From positions 1,184,807 to 1,216,806 of the forward strand of contig CALNYT010000002.1 in the NCBI GenBank assembly GCA_942490885.1: 32,000 bases of DNA, given 5' to 3'. Source of the stretch: an uncultured Clostridiaceae bacterium. GTDB lineage: Bacteria > Bacillota > Clostridia > Clostridiales > Clostridiaceae. Of this stretch, positions 17,047 to 27,400 are shown piece by piece (position 1 is the stretch's first letter; each line of letters begins with the position of its first letter). A model generated the notes under the pieces. It did no database searches. It was not told the origin of the DNA and saw only the letters and a list, made by a program, of their open reading frames with translations. The translations under genes and the position numbers were made by a program.

Positions 17047-17202
17047 ATGAATAGATTTAAATATCAAATAGAACCAGCTATACTAGTAATATTTTCGTGT
17101 ATTGGTGTGATTTTCGGAATAGCATTACATAATATTTGGATAATTATAGTTTGGCTAATATTAGGTATAGCTATTGGTGTAAATAAAAAAAGTAATGAAT
17201 AA
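17047..17202 (+). CDS. small two-helix membrane peptide (51 aa), possibly a leftover immunity-type gene
   Basis: Not in the supplied track (<60 aa). AAAGAGAGAAA lies upstream of ATG 17047. Sequence: MNRFKYQIEPAILVIFSCIGVIFGIALHNIWIIIVWLILGIAIGVNKKSNE. The function is an inference from context only. Confidence 0.35.
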   Translation: MNRFKYQIEPAILVIFSCIGVIFGIALHNIWIIIVWLILGIAIGVNKKSNE

Positions 17203-17286
17203 TGAAGGAATAGAATGGTTGCAGCTAAAGGTAACTCTATTTAGCTCTACTGATTAAGACATCACAGACATTGCAGAAATTATATT

Positions 17287-17848
17287 ATGATTAGACCACA
17301 AAAAGATTAGTTTTTCACTGTGGTCTAATTCATTATTATCTTCATTCTTTTATGAAAAAGCTTTAAAGTAAAATACTGGAATAAATTTCGAAATATAAAA
17401 GTATCCTGTTTGTTTAATGTTTTGCCTCCTTTATCTATGGCTTTTAGTAGCTTCTTCACAGTATTAGCCGTGATTTTAAACCCAAACCATAATTTTGAGC
17501 GCAAATATCCCTTTACAAGCGTATTATCAACTCCCATTACAGTAACTACATCACTAGATAGCGACTCAATTTACTCTTTTAATAAATCTATTCCCTTTTT
17601 CAATTCAGATTCTAATAATCTACACCTAAAATTATACAGTGTATTAATTGAAATAGGTTGTTTATCGTAGCTAGTTGTTCCTACAGCATATTGATATATA
17701 ATATCATAGTGTAGTGAACCCACAAGTTCCTCATCTGTCTGTTGAAATAATTCCTTTAATATTAATAATGAGATTATTACATTAAGTATTATTATATCAA
17801 TTAACACGGTCATTTGGTAAGAATTTCATGCTTTTGTGGTCTAATCAT
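17287..17848 (-). mobile_element. internally deleted IS element remnant (IS1182/IS5-like transposase fragments) with terminal inverted repeats
   Basis: TIRs are ATGATTAGACCACAAAAAG (17287-17305) and CTTTTGTGGTCTAATCAT (17831-17848). Minus-strand ORF 17571-17813 (LKELFQQTDEELVGSLHYDIIYQYAVG...TLYNFRCRL) resembles the DUF772-type N-terminus of IS1182/IS5 transposases. ORF 17325-17537 (KGYLRSKLWFGFKITANTVKKLLKAI) resembles their C-terminal tail. The ~400-aa DDE core is missing. The left end also folds back on itself (17290-17300 pairs with 17319-17329). Confidence 0.65.
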
Positions 17849-17871
17849 CACATATAATCTTACTTATAAGG

Positions 17872-18630
17872 TTAGCCCTTTTGCCCAATAATAGAATACC
17901 ACTCAATATCTTCAAAACTTTTATCATTAATAATAGGAAAACTATTTATTTCAATATTATGAAAACCTAGATTAGTAAGAGTTTCTACTATGAATTCTTT
18001 TTTAAGAGGATAATATATTTCGCTAAATTCTTCACGTCTAATGATTTTATTATTCTTTTCAAATGAATAAAGTATGTTAAATGTCATCGTTTCATCAGAG
18101 TTATAATCCCATACCTGCATAAGATTTATTCTCTCATCACCCTTAAAGGCAGGGTTATAATAGTAAAATCTTTGCTTCATATCTAATATTCTGTCCCAAT
18201 TTCTAGTGTCTATATGGATATAACCATTCTTTTTTACAAGAATACTCATCTCCCTTAATGTTTTTTTTACATCATTATTATTGACATGGGCAAGTGAATT
18301 ACCTGTGCTTAAAACACAATCAAAGGTTTTATGTATTTTGCTGGATAACTCTCTAAAATCACATTGTAATAAATCTACTTCTAATCCTTTTGAATTCATC
18401 TTCTCTTTTGCAGTATCTAACATATCAGTGCTAATGTCTGAACCAGAAAGTTCATATCCCATTTTTGATAAAACAAATGATAAGTTGCCAGTTCCAAAAC
18501 TACAATCAAATATAGTTTTAATGTCGTTGTTATTAAAAACTGTAGAATAGTATTTTAACAGTACTTCCTCTAATTTTTCTGAATAGGTTATATCGTATAT
18601 ATCAGGTCTACTATAAAAACTTTTATTCAT
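17872..18630 (-). CDS. class I SAM-dependent methyltransferase
   Basis: 252-aa ORF with a GGGGTG RBS. Motif I is IFDCSFGTGNLSFVL (DxGxGxG-like), followed by acidic GSDIS and the post-I/II pattern CDFREL...FDCVLSTGNSLAH. Confidence 0.8.
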   Translation of the reverse strand: MNKSFYSRPDIYDITYSEKLEEVLLKYYSTVFNNNDIKTIFDCSFGTGNLSFVLSKMGYELSGSDISTDMLDTAKEKMNSKGLEVDLLQCDFRELSSKIHKTFDCVLSTGNSLAHVNNNDVKKTLREMSILVKKNGYIHIDTRNWDRILDMKQRFYYYNPAFKGDERINLMQVWDYNSDETMTFNILYSFEKNNKIIRREEFSEIYYPLKKEFIVETLTNLGFHNIEINSFPIINDKSFEDIEWYSIIGQKG

Positions 18631-19016
18631 TTAGAAATCACCCCTTAAATCAATTGTTATTATTCATGTTTTATATAAGTTATATTTATGAAACTAAATT
18701 GTATTATACCATTTTATTAAATTTATTCCAATGATAAATGTTAACTTGATAAAATTTTTGATAAATAAGATGTAAAGGTTGGACAGTATAAAAATAATTT
18801 TAAGATTATTAACTGCGACATAAGTACAAAATGATTATAAGCATTCTTCACCTATGCTTGGACAACAAAAAATGTAATAATATAGTTGAAGATAGTAAAT
18901 GATTCAAGTGCATTTGGTAAATAAACGTGAAAGGGGATGACTAAGATGAGAATTAAGAGGTGGCATGTAAGATAACTGTTTATAACCTAGACAGTACAAG
19001 GTGGAGGGGAAATTTA

Positions 19017-19490
19017 ATGGTTGGAAATATTGAAATTCGTTCATTTTGCAATAATGATTTTTATGCTTTTACTGAAATGTTTAGCACTTATTTTAGAAGT
19101 GATTTTAATTTTGAAATAATAGATAATAAGGTGGAAAAGTTATGCTCTAAAATAGCAGAAAGTTTAACATCTGGAATTACCTTGTTAGATATGTTATTAC
19201 TTGATGGAAAAATGGTTGGTTTTGTATCTTATCAAATTGACACACCTCATAGTGATTGGTGTGAACGAGAAGGTTGGGGATTTATTAGAGAAATTTACGT
19301 TGATCAAACTTTAAGAGGAAAAGGTCTTGGGCAAAGATTAGTTACTCATGTGGAAAAAAATCTTTATGCTAAAGGTATAGAACATATTTACCTTACTTCA
19401 GATGAAGGCGGAGAGTTTTGGAACTCATGTGGATATAAAGAAACGGGAGAAGTGAGTGATATTAATCATGATCCTATATATCAAAAATAG
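19017..19490 (+). CDS. GNAT family N-acetyltransferase
   Basis: Start placed at ATG 19017, which has GGTGGAGGGG 7 nt upstream; the track ORF begins at GTG 18960. The acetyl-CoA motif is IYVDQTLRGKGLGQRLVTHVE (Q/RxxGxG/A). Confidence 0.8.
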   Translation: MVGNIEIRSFCNNDFYAFTEMFSTYFRSDFNFEIIDNKVEKLCSKIAESLTSGITLLDMLLLDGKMVGFVSYQIDTPHSDWCEREGWGFIREIYVDQTLRGKGLGQRLVTHVEKNLYAKGIEHIYLTSDEGGEFWNSCGYKETGEVSDINHDPIYQK

Positions 19491-19506
19491 AATAAGAAAT
19501 TCTGGG

Positions 19507-19532
19507 ACGGTTCATAAGAAATTATGAACCGT
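19507..19532 (+). terminator. hairpin terminator after the GNAT gene
   Basis: ACGGTTCATAA (19507-19517) pairs perfectly with TTATGAACCGT (19522-19532), loop GAAA, followed by TAATTAT. Confidence 0.55.
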
Positions 19533-19761
19533 TAATTATGCAAAACTTGTTGATCTATTTGAATGCTTATAGGTGAATGTTGTATAATATAGAAAAATTA
19601 ACATATGTATTTTAAATTATAGTTGTCAGACAATGATAAAATTATATTGCTGGGAGATGTAATTACCTTTAGTAAATAAGAGACCTGTGTGATGCAATAG
19701 GACAAGCTGATGTAGATAGAAGAAAGATATATTAATTGAATTATAAGGGAGGATATATATA

Positions 19762-20976
19762 ATGGAAAAATCATTATTAAGAAGTAAAAAAATTATAGAA
19801 TTAGAAGAAAAGATTCAATACGGAAATAATGAAGCATTACAAGAATTTTGGGATATGTTAGAAGAACAAGGTACTCCTATAATAGAAAAAATAGAAGGAG
19901 ACCAGGAAAATGACTTAGTAACTTTTATTTATAAAGCCGATGAAGAGCCTGAAAATGTAGTGTTTTTATCACCAGTGGTGGGAATGGCTAATTTAGAAGA
20001 TAACAAGATGGAAAGACTTCTAGATTCAAATTTATGGTACAGAACATATAAGGTGAGAAATGATGTGCGTTTTGGTTATTATTTTTCTCCAAATGATCCT
20101 TTTGATGATGATTGGGAGAAAAGATTTGATAGAGTAGCCCATGATCAATTTAATAATAATATAACAGTTTTTAAAGGTACCAAAGATGATGATGTGTTAA
20201 GATCGAATGTGATAATGTCAAATGCAGAAGAAGACTTTTGGATCAAGGAAAGAAACGATGTACCTAAAGGAAAGCTAGAAGAATTCAAATTTAAAAGTGA
20301 GAATTTTAAAGAAGACCGTAGAGTTAGAATTTACACACCTCATGAATATAGTAAAGTGAATAAACCATATGGATTTTTAGTATTATCTGATGGTGATGAA
20401 TATATTAACTTGCTTTCAGCAGTACATGTACTGGACAACTTAATCGCTGATAAAAAAATACCACCAATAGTTACAATATTTATTGATTCAACTGAGACTA
20501 GGCGTGAAGAATTAAGGTGTAGTGATACCTTTGGAGATATAATAGTTAAAGAGTTAATTCCTTGGGTTAGAGATAATTATAATATTTCAAACAAATCAGA
20601 GGAAGCTATAATTGGAGGACTAAGCTTAGGGGGATTAACAGCAACTTATTTAGGATTAAAACATTCAGAAGTTTTTGGAAATGTACTTTCCCAATCTGGT
20701 TCACATTGGTATATACCAGAGGGAGTAGAAAGTGACGAAAGTAATTGTTGGATGAGCACTCAATTTCAAGAAATAGATAAATTACCACTTAAGTTTTACT
20801 TAAACGTAGGGGTTCTTGAAACTAAAGAAAGCATGATTGATACAAATATAAATCTAAGAGATGTATTAATATCTAAAGGATACACTGTTGACTTTGAAGA
20901 GTTTAAAAGTGGACATGATTATTTAAGTTGGGGAGAGACTTTGGCTAATGGGTTGATTTCATTGATTGGTTATTAA
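19762..20976 (+). CDS. fes: enterochelin (catecholate siderophore) esterase, Fes family
   Basis: 404-aa ORF with a GGGAGG RBS. Matches to E. coli Fes as recalled: N-terminal EFWDMLEEQGTPIIEKIEGDQENDLVTFIYK; DRRVRIYTP; GGLSLGGLTATYLGL (GxSxG nucleophile); VLSQSGSHWY (Fes VLSQSGSYWW); and C-terminal SGHDYLSWGETLANGLISL (Fes GGHDALCWRGGLMQGLIDL). Confidence 0.85.
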   Translation: MEKSLLRSKKIIELEEKIQYGNNEALQEFWDMLEEQGTPIIEKIEGDQENDLVTFIYKADEEPENVVFLSPVVGMANLEDNKMERLLDSNLWYRTYKVRNDVRFGYYFSPNDPFDDDWEKRFDRVAHDQFNNNITVFKGTKDDDVLRSNVIMSNAEEDFWIKERNDVPKGKLEEFKFKSENFKEDRRVRIYTPHEYSKVNKPYGFLVLSDGDEYINLLSAVHVLDNLIADKKIPPIVTIFIDSTETRREELRCSDTFGDIIVKELIPWVRDNYNISNKSEEAIIGGLSLGGLTATYLGLKHSEVFGNVLSQSGSHWYIPEGVESDESNCWMSTQFQEIDKLPLKFYLNVGVLETKESMIDTNINLRDVLISKGYTVDFEEFKSGHDYLSWGETLANGLISLIGY

Positions 20977-21185
20977 AGAAAATTAAAGAATTGGCTTAAG
21001 GTGGTTCAGTGACGGTAATAAGTGTAATTGAAATGATTGAGTTTTATAAGAAAAATTTTAGGTGAAGAAATTGTTTTTATACTTCTTAGAGGAATTTTAT
21101 GGGGTACTACGCTAGATAGAGAGGACACATATCAACAAAATTAAAAACTGAAATATATTATAGAAGGACAAGTGGGGGAGATTCT

Positions 21186-21881
21186 ATGGTAGAGGTTTTT
21201 GCTGTAAATGTAAATAGAGATATGAAAGAATTTGAGTTTGAGAAATTATTGAGACTAGTTTCAGAGGAAAAAAAAGAGAGAATACAGAGATTTCGTAGAT
21301 ATAAGGATTCACAGATGTGTCTTGTTGCTGATGTTCTCATGAGAAAAATAATTTGTGACAAGTATAATATTAATAATAGGGAAATCACATTTATAAAAGG
21401 TATTAATGGTAAACCAGAACTAAATAAACCACATAGTAATATTAAGTTTAATTATTCTCACTCAGGAGATTGGATCGTATGTGCAGTGAGTGAAGTTCCT
21501 GTCGGAGTTGATGTGGAGAGAATTAAGGAAATAGATATGGCAATTGCTGAGAGATTCTTTTCCAAGAGTGAATATGATGATCTTATGAAATTAGAAGGTG
21601 ACAAGCAATTAAACTACTTTTACGATCTTTGGACTCTTAAAGAGAGTTATATTAAGTGGGATGGTAGAGGACTATCGATTTCACTGCAGGATTTTTCATT
21701 TAAGATAAAAAATAATAATTTTGTAAAATTCCAATCTGAAAAACACAATAATCTTTGCTTTTTTAGGCAGTATTTAATAGATAGTGAATATAAACTATCA
21801 GTGTGTTCATGTGAAGATGATTATAGTAATGAGGTAGATATTTTTGAGTTTGATAAATTAATAGAGAGTTTATGTAAATAG
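21186..21881 (+). CDS. Sfp-type 4'-phosphopantetheinyl transferase
   Basis: 231-aa ORF with a GGGGGAG RBS. Motifs: GKPEL, FNYSHSGDWIVCAVSEVPVGVDVERI and WTLKESYIKWDGRGLS (W/FxxKESxxK). Confidence 0.85.
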   Translation: MVEVFAVNVNRDMKEFEFEKLLRLVSEEKKERIQRFRRYKDSQMCLVADVLMRKIICDKYNINNREITFIKGINGKPELNKPHSNIKFNYSHSGDWIVCAVSEVPVGVDVERIKEIDMAIAERFFSKSEYDDLMKLEGDKQLNYFYDLWTLKESYIKWDGRGLSISLQDFSFKIKNNNFVKFQSEKHNNLCFFRQYLIDSEYKLSVCSCEDDYSNEVDIFEFDKLIESLCK

Positions 21882-21904
21882 GTATGATAGTGTCAGGACA
21901 AGCG

Positions 21905-21954
21905 CAAAGAAGAGGAGAGTTCAATATAATTTTAATGAACTCTCCTCTTCTTTG
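21905..21954 (+). terminator. intrinsic terminator after the PPTase gene
   Basis: CAAAGAAGAGGAGAGTTCA (21905-21923) pairs perfectly with TGAACTCTCCTCTTCTTTG (21936-21954). The 3' arm is T-rich. Confidence 0.7.
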
Positions 21955-22153
21955 TAGGTACATAGATTTAAAAATGAATAATATAAAGTTTTAAGTCGAA
22001 TTTAAATATGAAAAAAAATGCAACAAAGAAAATAAAAAGAAAAAGTCGAAAAAGTTTACAAAAGAATTATAAAGTAATAAAATTATACTTACATATTGTG
22101 TTTTTTGATGGAATGCTATGTATTTTTGTAAAAAAAAGATATAGAATAGGGGT

Positions 22154-23482
22154 GTGCCAAAGTTGAAGAGTTATATTGAAAACGAAGAGAAAATTAAATC
22201 ACCAATTAAATATTATAGAAATTTGCTTGATATTACACAGAAAGAGTTGGCAGGTGAAAAGTATACAAGAGGGTATATACAAAGTTTGGAATCAGGTAAG
22301 AGGGTTCCAGCATATAAATGTGCTGTGTACTTGATAGAAAAAATAAAAGAAATTGCAAATGAAAAGAAAATTAAAATTGATATAACAATAGATGAGATTA
22401 TGAAAAATGAAAAAGAAAGATTGCACGACTTTTTTTTAAAAAGAATTGTGCATATGAATGTAGAGCAAAAAAGTGAAAGTGATATAAAAAACTATAAAGA
22501 TTTAGTAAGTGTTATTAAGGAGTATAATTTTACTGATCTTCAAAAAAAGGTAAACACATTGATTGCAGATGAATTGTTAAAATGCAAAAAATATATGGAG
22601 GCAATAGAGTACTACAATACTGTAATAGAAGGATTAGAATGTAAGGAATTTACATTAAATGGAATATCTATTTTGAGAAGAATTGGTACTTGTTTTTATA
22701 TGATTCAAGATTATGATAAGAGCATTCAAAATTATAGTAAAGCAGAAGAATTATATATATCCAATCAGTTAGATGATAGTGATGAATATATTAAAATTTT
22801 AATAAATATTAGTCTTGCATTAAAAAAGAAGAAAGATATTGTTAAAAGTATTCAATATATAAAAAAGGCACTATGCCTTGAAAACGTAAATGAAAAAATG
22901 GTTTATAATCTAAAATTACAGCTAGGAAATAATTATCAAGATATCAAAAAATATGAAAAAGCTTTAGGAATTTATGAAGAACTGTATAAGCAGTATTCTG
23001 ATGATTACCTTTTAAATTATAATATAGCAATAACATATGACTTTCTTGAAAAAAGAGATCAAACAGAAAAGTATCTTGAGAAATGCTTATCAAGTAAATT
23101 TGAAAACAATGAAGAAAAATCTATATATTCTCTCATGTTACTTGGCAAGATAAAGCTTGAAAAAAAAGAAAATGCTCATGCAGAAAAGTGTTTTGATTAT
23201 GCACTAGATATTGCAAGCAAATTTAAAGATGGTGAGATGATTATTTATACTATAAGCAATATTTATGAGTTATTACAAAAAAATGGATTAAGTTACAAGT
23301 TTGTTAAATATTTTGAGTCTATAATTTTAAACGAAGATATTATTTTAAAAAATAAAAATAATATTTCTGAAATTTTGATTGTTTTATTAAAGTGTTCTGT
23401 TGAAATAGAACTTTCTAAAGAAGATAAGGATAAAATTAAAAATATTATAGAGATAATTGAAAGGGGAAAAAGAATATGTTAA
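22154..23482 (+). CDS. RNPP-type (PlcR/NprR/Rap-like) HTH + TPR transcriptional regulator
   Basis: 442-aa ORF starting at GTG 22154; TTG 22163 is an alternative start better spaced from AGGGGTG. An N-terminal XRE-type HTH (ITQKELAGEKYTRGYIQSLESGKRVP) is followed by ~350 aa of TPR-like repeats (YMEAIEYYNTVIEG, YDKSIQNYSKAEELY, YEKALGIYEELYKQ, AEKCFDYALDIA). The stop overlaps the start of a small secreted-peptide ORF. Confidence 0.75.
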   Translation: MPKLKSYIENEEKIKSPIKYYRNLLDITQKELAGEKYTRGYIQSLESGKRVPAYKCAVYLIEKIKEIANEKKIKIDITIDEIMKNEKERLHDFFLKRIVHMNVEQKSESDIKNYKDLVSVIKEYNFTDLQKKVNTLIADELLKCKKYMEAIEYYNTVIEGLECKEFTLNGISILRRIGTCFYMIQDYDKSIQNYSKAEELYISNQLDDSDEYIKILINISLALKKKKDIVKSIQYIKKALCLENVNEKMVYNLKLQLGNNYQDIKKYEKALGIYEELYKQYSDDYLLNYNIAITYDFLEKRDQTEKYLEKCLSSKFENNEEKSIYSLMLLGKIKLEKKENAHAEKCFDYALDIASKFKDGEMIIYTISNIYELLQKNGLSYKFVKYFESIILNEDIILKNKNNISEILIVLLKCSVEIELSKEDKDKIKNIIEIIERGKRIC

Positions 23483-23649
23483 AAAAATTATTAGTAGGTA
23501 TGTTATCAGTAATGATTATTGGTGTGGGATTTAATGGGATAAATACTACCATTAGTAGGGAGAAACAACAACCTATAGAAATAGCAGAATTAGGGTCAGG
23601 AGATATTAGTCCTGTGTTATTTGTGATAGATAATAATCAAGAAGGGTAA
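23476..23649 (+). CDS. candidate secreted signalling pro-peptide (57 aa) cognate to the RNPP regulator
   Basis: Not in the supplied track (<60 aa). ATG 23476 overlaps the regulator stop (ATGTTAA). Sequence: MLKKLLVGMLSVMIIGVGFNGINTTISREKQQPIEIAELGSGDISPVLFVIDNNQEG. It has a basic N-terminus plus a hydrophobic export segment, then a hydrophilic tail. Position and size match PapR/NprX/Phr/Qsp-type genes. Confidence 0.55.
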   Translation: MLKKLLVGMLSVMIIGVGFNGINTTISREKQQPIEIAELGSGDISPVLFVIDNNQEG

Positions 23650-23702
23650 TAAAATAAGTTTTATAGAAAATTAATTAGCTTAGTATATTAAAGGAGAATA
23701 AA

Positions 23703-24410
23703 ATGATTCTATTTTGCTTACCTTATGCAGGTGGTTCTGAGGCTATTTATTATAAATGGAGACAATTATTGGGAGAATCCATAAAGTTGTATCCAATAGA
23801 GTTAAAAGGTAGAGGAAAAAGATATAACCAGAACTTTTACACAGATATTAATGAAGCAGTTAATGATATCTACAACTTTATAAAAGAAGACATTGAAGAA
23901 AATGAATATGCAATTTATGGACATAGTATGGGAAGCCTTTTAGCATTTGAACTTTACTATAAAATAAGTAGCATGGGAAAAAGAAAGCCAAAGCATATTT
24001 TCTTCTCTGGATACAGTGCGCCATGTAGTATAAAAGAGCGAGAAATAACCTATACTTTACCAGATTATGATTTTATGAATAAAATTATAGAACTTGGTGG
24101 AACACCACAAGAATTAATGGATAATAAAGAGCTACTTGATTTATTCATTCCAATATTGAAAAATGACATTAAGATATTGGAGAACTATACATATAAGGAT
24201 AGAGAAGAGAAAATTAGTTGTGATATATCAATATTAAATGGTAGTAAAGATTCCATTAAAATAAATGAAATTACTGAATGGAGAAAGCATACTAGTGAAA
24301 AATGTAATATGTATACATTGAATGGAAATCATTTCTTTATAAATGATAATGTAGAAAATATAACAAATATTATAAAACATACTCTATTGGAGGTGGAAAA
24401 TGTATCATAA
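23703..24410 (+). CDS. type II (editing) thioesterase
   Basis: 235-aa ORF with an AAGGAG RBS. LFCLPYAGGSEAIYYKW, the GHSMGS nucleophile elbow and a C-terminal GNHFF (His) are typical of NRPS/PKS TEII. The stop overlaps the NRPS start. Confidence 0.85.
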   Translation: MILFCLPYAGGSEAIYYKWRQLLGESIKLYPIELKGRGKRYNQNFYTDINEAVNDIYNFIKEDIEENEYAIYGHSMGSLLAFELYYKISSMGKRKPKHIFFSGYSAPCSIKEREITYTLPDYDFMNKIIELGGTPQELMDNKELLDLFIPILKNDIKILENYTYKDREEKISCDISILNGSKDSIKINEITEWRKHTSEKCNMYTLNGNHFFINDNVENITNIIKHTLLEVENVS

Positions 24411-27400
24411 TTTATCCCATCCGCAGAAAAGAATTTGGTACATAGAAAAAATTAATTCAAGTTCAAATCTTCATAATCTTGGTGGATGTTTAAAGATTAA
24501 TGGAAAAATCGACTTAAAAATACTTGAACAAGCAATCAAGAAAATAGTTAAAAATAATGATGGGTTACGATTAAGGGTTATAGAAAAAGATGGGCAACCG
24601 TATCAATGCGTAACAGATTACGAAAGAGAAGAAATTGAAATGTTTGATTTTAGTTTAGTTGAAAATTCCTATGAAGAATTTATTTCTTGGTCAGAAGGCG
24701 TTTTTAAGAAGAGATTCAACATAGAAAATAGTCCACTATACTACTTTGCAATATATAAGATAAGCGAAAAAGAGTGTGGTGTGTTACTGAATATTCATCA
24801 TATTATTGCAGATGGATGGTCAATAAACCTTATAGAAAAACAGATATGTGATATTTATAATAATCTTATAAATGATAAACAGTTTGAATATTCATGTGAA
24901 TACTCATATGTTGATTACATGGAAAGAGAAAGAAAGTATTTAAATTCTGATAGATTTAAAAAGAATAAAGAATTTTGGAATGAAAAATTTACTAAACTGC
25001 CAGAGACTTTCCTATATAAAGGGGGGAAGGAATTAGCGGGAGAACGAAAGACTTTTAATGTTAATAAGGAATTATCAATTAAGATTAATAAATTTTTAAA
25101 AGAACAAGGATGGTCATTAAATACATTTTTTATAGCTACAATGCTTATTTATTTGAATAAGATGACCCAGGAAGAAGATATAGTTATTGGAACACCAGTA
25201 CTTAATAGATCAGGAAAAAAAGAGAAAAGCACAATAGGGATGTACACAAGTACAATGCCATTGAGAATTAGTGTAAATCAGAATATATCAGTAGGTGAAT
25301 TCATAAATGAAGTTAACTCAGAACTGAAATCATGCTTCTACAATCAAAAGTATCCATATGATATTTTAGTTAGTGATTTAGAGCTTACTAAAAAAGGATA
25401 TGATGGGCTGTTCCAAATGTGTGTAAATTATTACAATACTAAGAATACCAATGAAATTAAAGGGGTACCAGTGCAGGTTGAAGAGTATTACTGTGGTAAT
25501 CAAAGCTATTCGCTTCAGTTAATCGTCAAAGAATGGGAAAATGATGATAGGATTACACTTAGTTTTGATTATAAAACAAGTGAGTATTCTAGGGAATATA
25601 TTTCAAACATGTATAAGTATTTTATGATTATTTCACTTCAAATATTGAAAAACAAAGATGAAAACATAAAAAACTTGAACTTACTTGATAATGAAGAAAT
25701 TAAAGGACGAGTATATGAATTTAACTCAACAGAGGTAGATTATCCAAAAGATAAGACTATATGTGAATTATTTGAACAGCAGGTTATGGAAACGCCAAAT
25801 AAAATTGCTATTAAATTTTTGGAAAATGATTTTACATACATGGAGTTGAATGAAAGAGTAAATCAAATGGCTTCATATTTAATAAAAAGTGGTGTTACTA
25901 AAGGAAGCTTAGTTGGGATAATGGCCAATCATTCTGTTGAAATGGTTGTAGGGATTTTAGCAGTAATGAAAGCAAGGGGGGCATACATTCCTATAGATCC
26001 CACGTATCCTACTGAGAGAATAACGTATATGCTTGAAGATTCAGGGGCAGTATTGTTACTTACTAATATAAATGTAAGTGAAGATATTAGATTTGCAGGA
26101 AAAATTCTAGAGCTAAATAATGATGAAATCCAAATAGAATATTCGAAAAATTATGAAATTTTACATGAGATAGGGAGTGCAGATGATTTAGCGTATATTA
26201 TTTATACCTCAGGATCAACAGGAAAACCTAAGGGCGTTATGATTAAACAAAGAGGATTAGTAAATTATATATGGTGGGCTAAAAAAATGTATTTAAAAGG
26301 AGATGATGAAGTATTTGCTTTATATTCATCTATATCTTTTGATCTTACAGTTACATCAATATTTGCTCCACTAATCTCAGGAAATACAATTGCAGTTTAT
26401 TATGATGATGGAAGTGAATTTATATTATATAAGATTTTAAATGATAACGTGGCAACTGTTGTTAAATTGACCCCTTCACATTTGACATTACTTAAAGATA
26501 TGGACAATAGTAAATCTTCTATTAGACGGTTTATTGTTGGAGGAGAGAATCTTAAATCCACCTTAGCTAAAGATATTTATAATAGCTTTAATTCCAATAT
26601 AGATATATATAATGAATATGGTCCTACAGAGACCGTGGTGGGATGTATGATACATAAATATAATCCATTAGAAGATACTAAACCATCTGTACCGATAGGA
26701 ATACCTGCAGATAATGTTCAGATATATTTACTGGATAAAAACTTGAAAGTTATTCCAAAAGGTGCAATTGGAGATATGTATGTTTCAGGGGATGGTGTTG
26801 CTAGAGGGTATCTGAATAGAGAAGATTTAACAAAAGAAAGATTTATAAAAAATCCTTTTATTGAAGGTAAGAGGATGTACAAGACTGGAGATAAGGGAAG
26901 ATATTTAGATAATGGAATTATTGAATATGTAGGTAGAAGTGATAGTCAGGTTAAGATACGAGGCCATCGTATCGAACTTGGAGAAATCGAAGAATATCTA
27001 TTAGAAAATCAATTTATCAATGAAGCACTTGTGATAGATAAAGATAACAAAAATGGAGATAAGGTGTTATATGCTTACTTGATAGGTGATAAGAAGTTAG
27101 ACAATTCAGAGTTAAAAAAATGGCTATTATCATTTATTCCTAAATATATGATTCCAGTTGATTATATATATTTAGAGGAATTTCCACTAACACCAAATGG
27201 AAAGGTGGATATTAAGCAACTCCCAGAAGTTAAGGAAATAGAAAAAGAATTTATTAATTCAAGAAATGATATAGAAGATAGTTTAGTTGAAGTATTAAAA
27301 GAAATACTAGTTATCGATGAGATAAGTATGAATGATAATTTTTATCAGCTTGGAGGAGATTCAATAAAGGCTATTCAGATTGCATCAAAGTTGAAAAATA

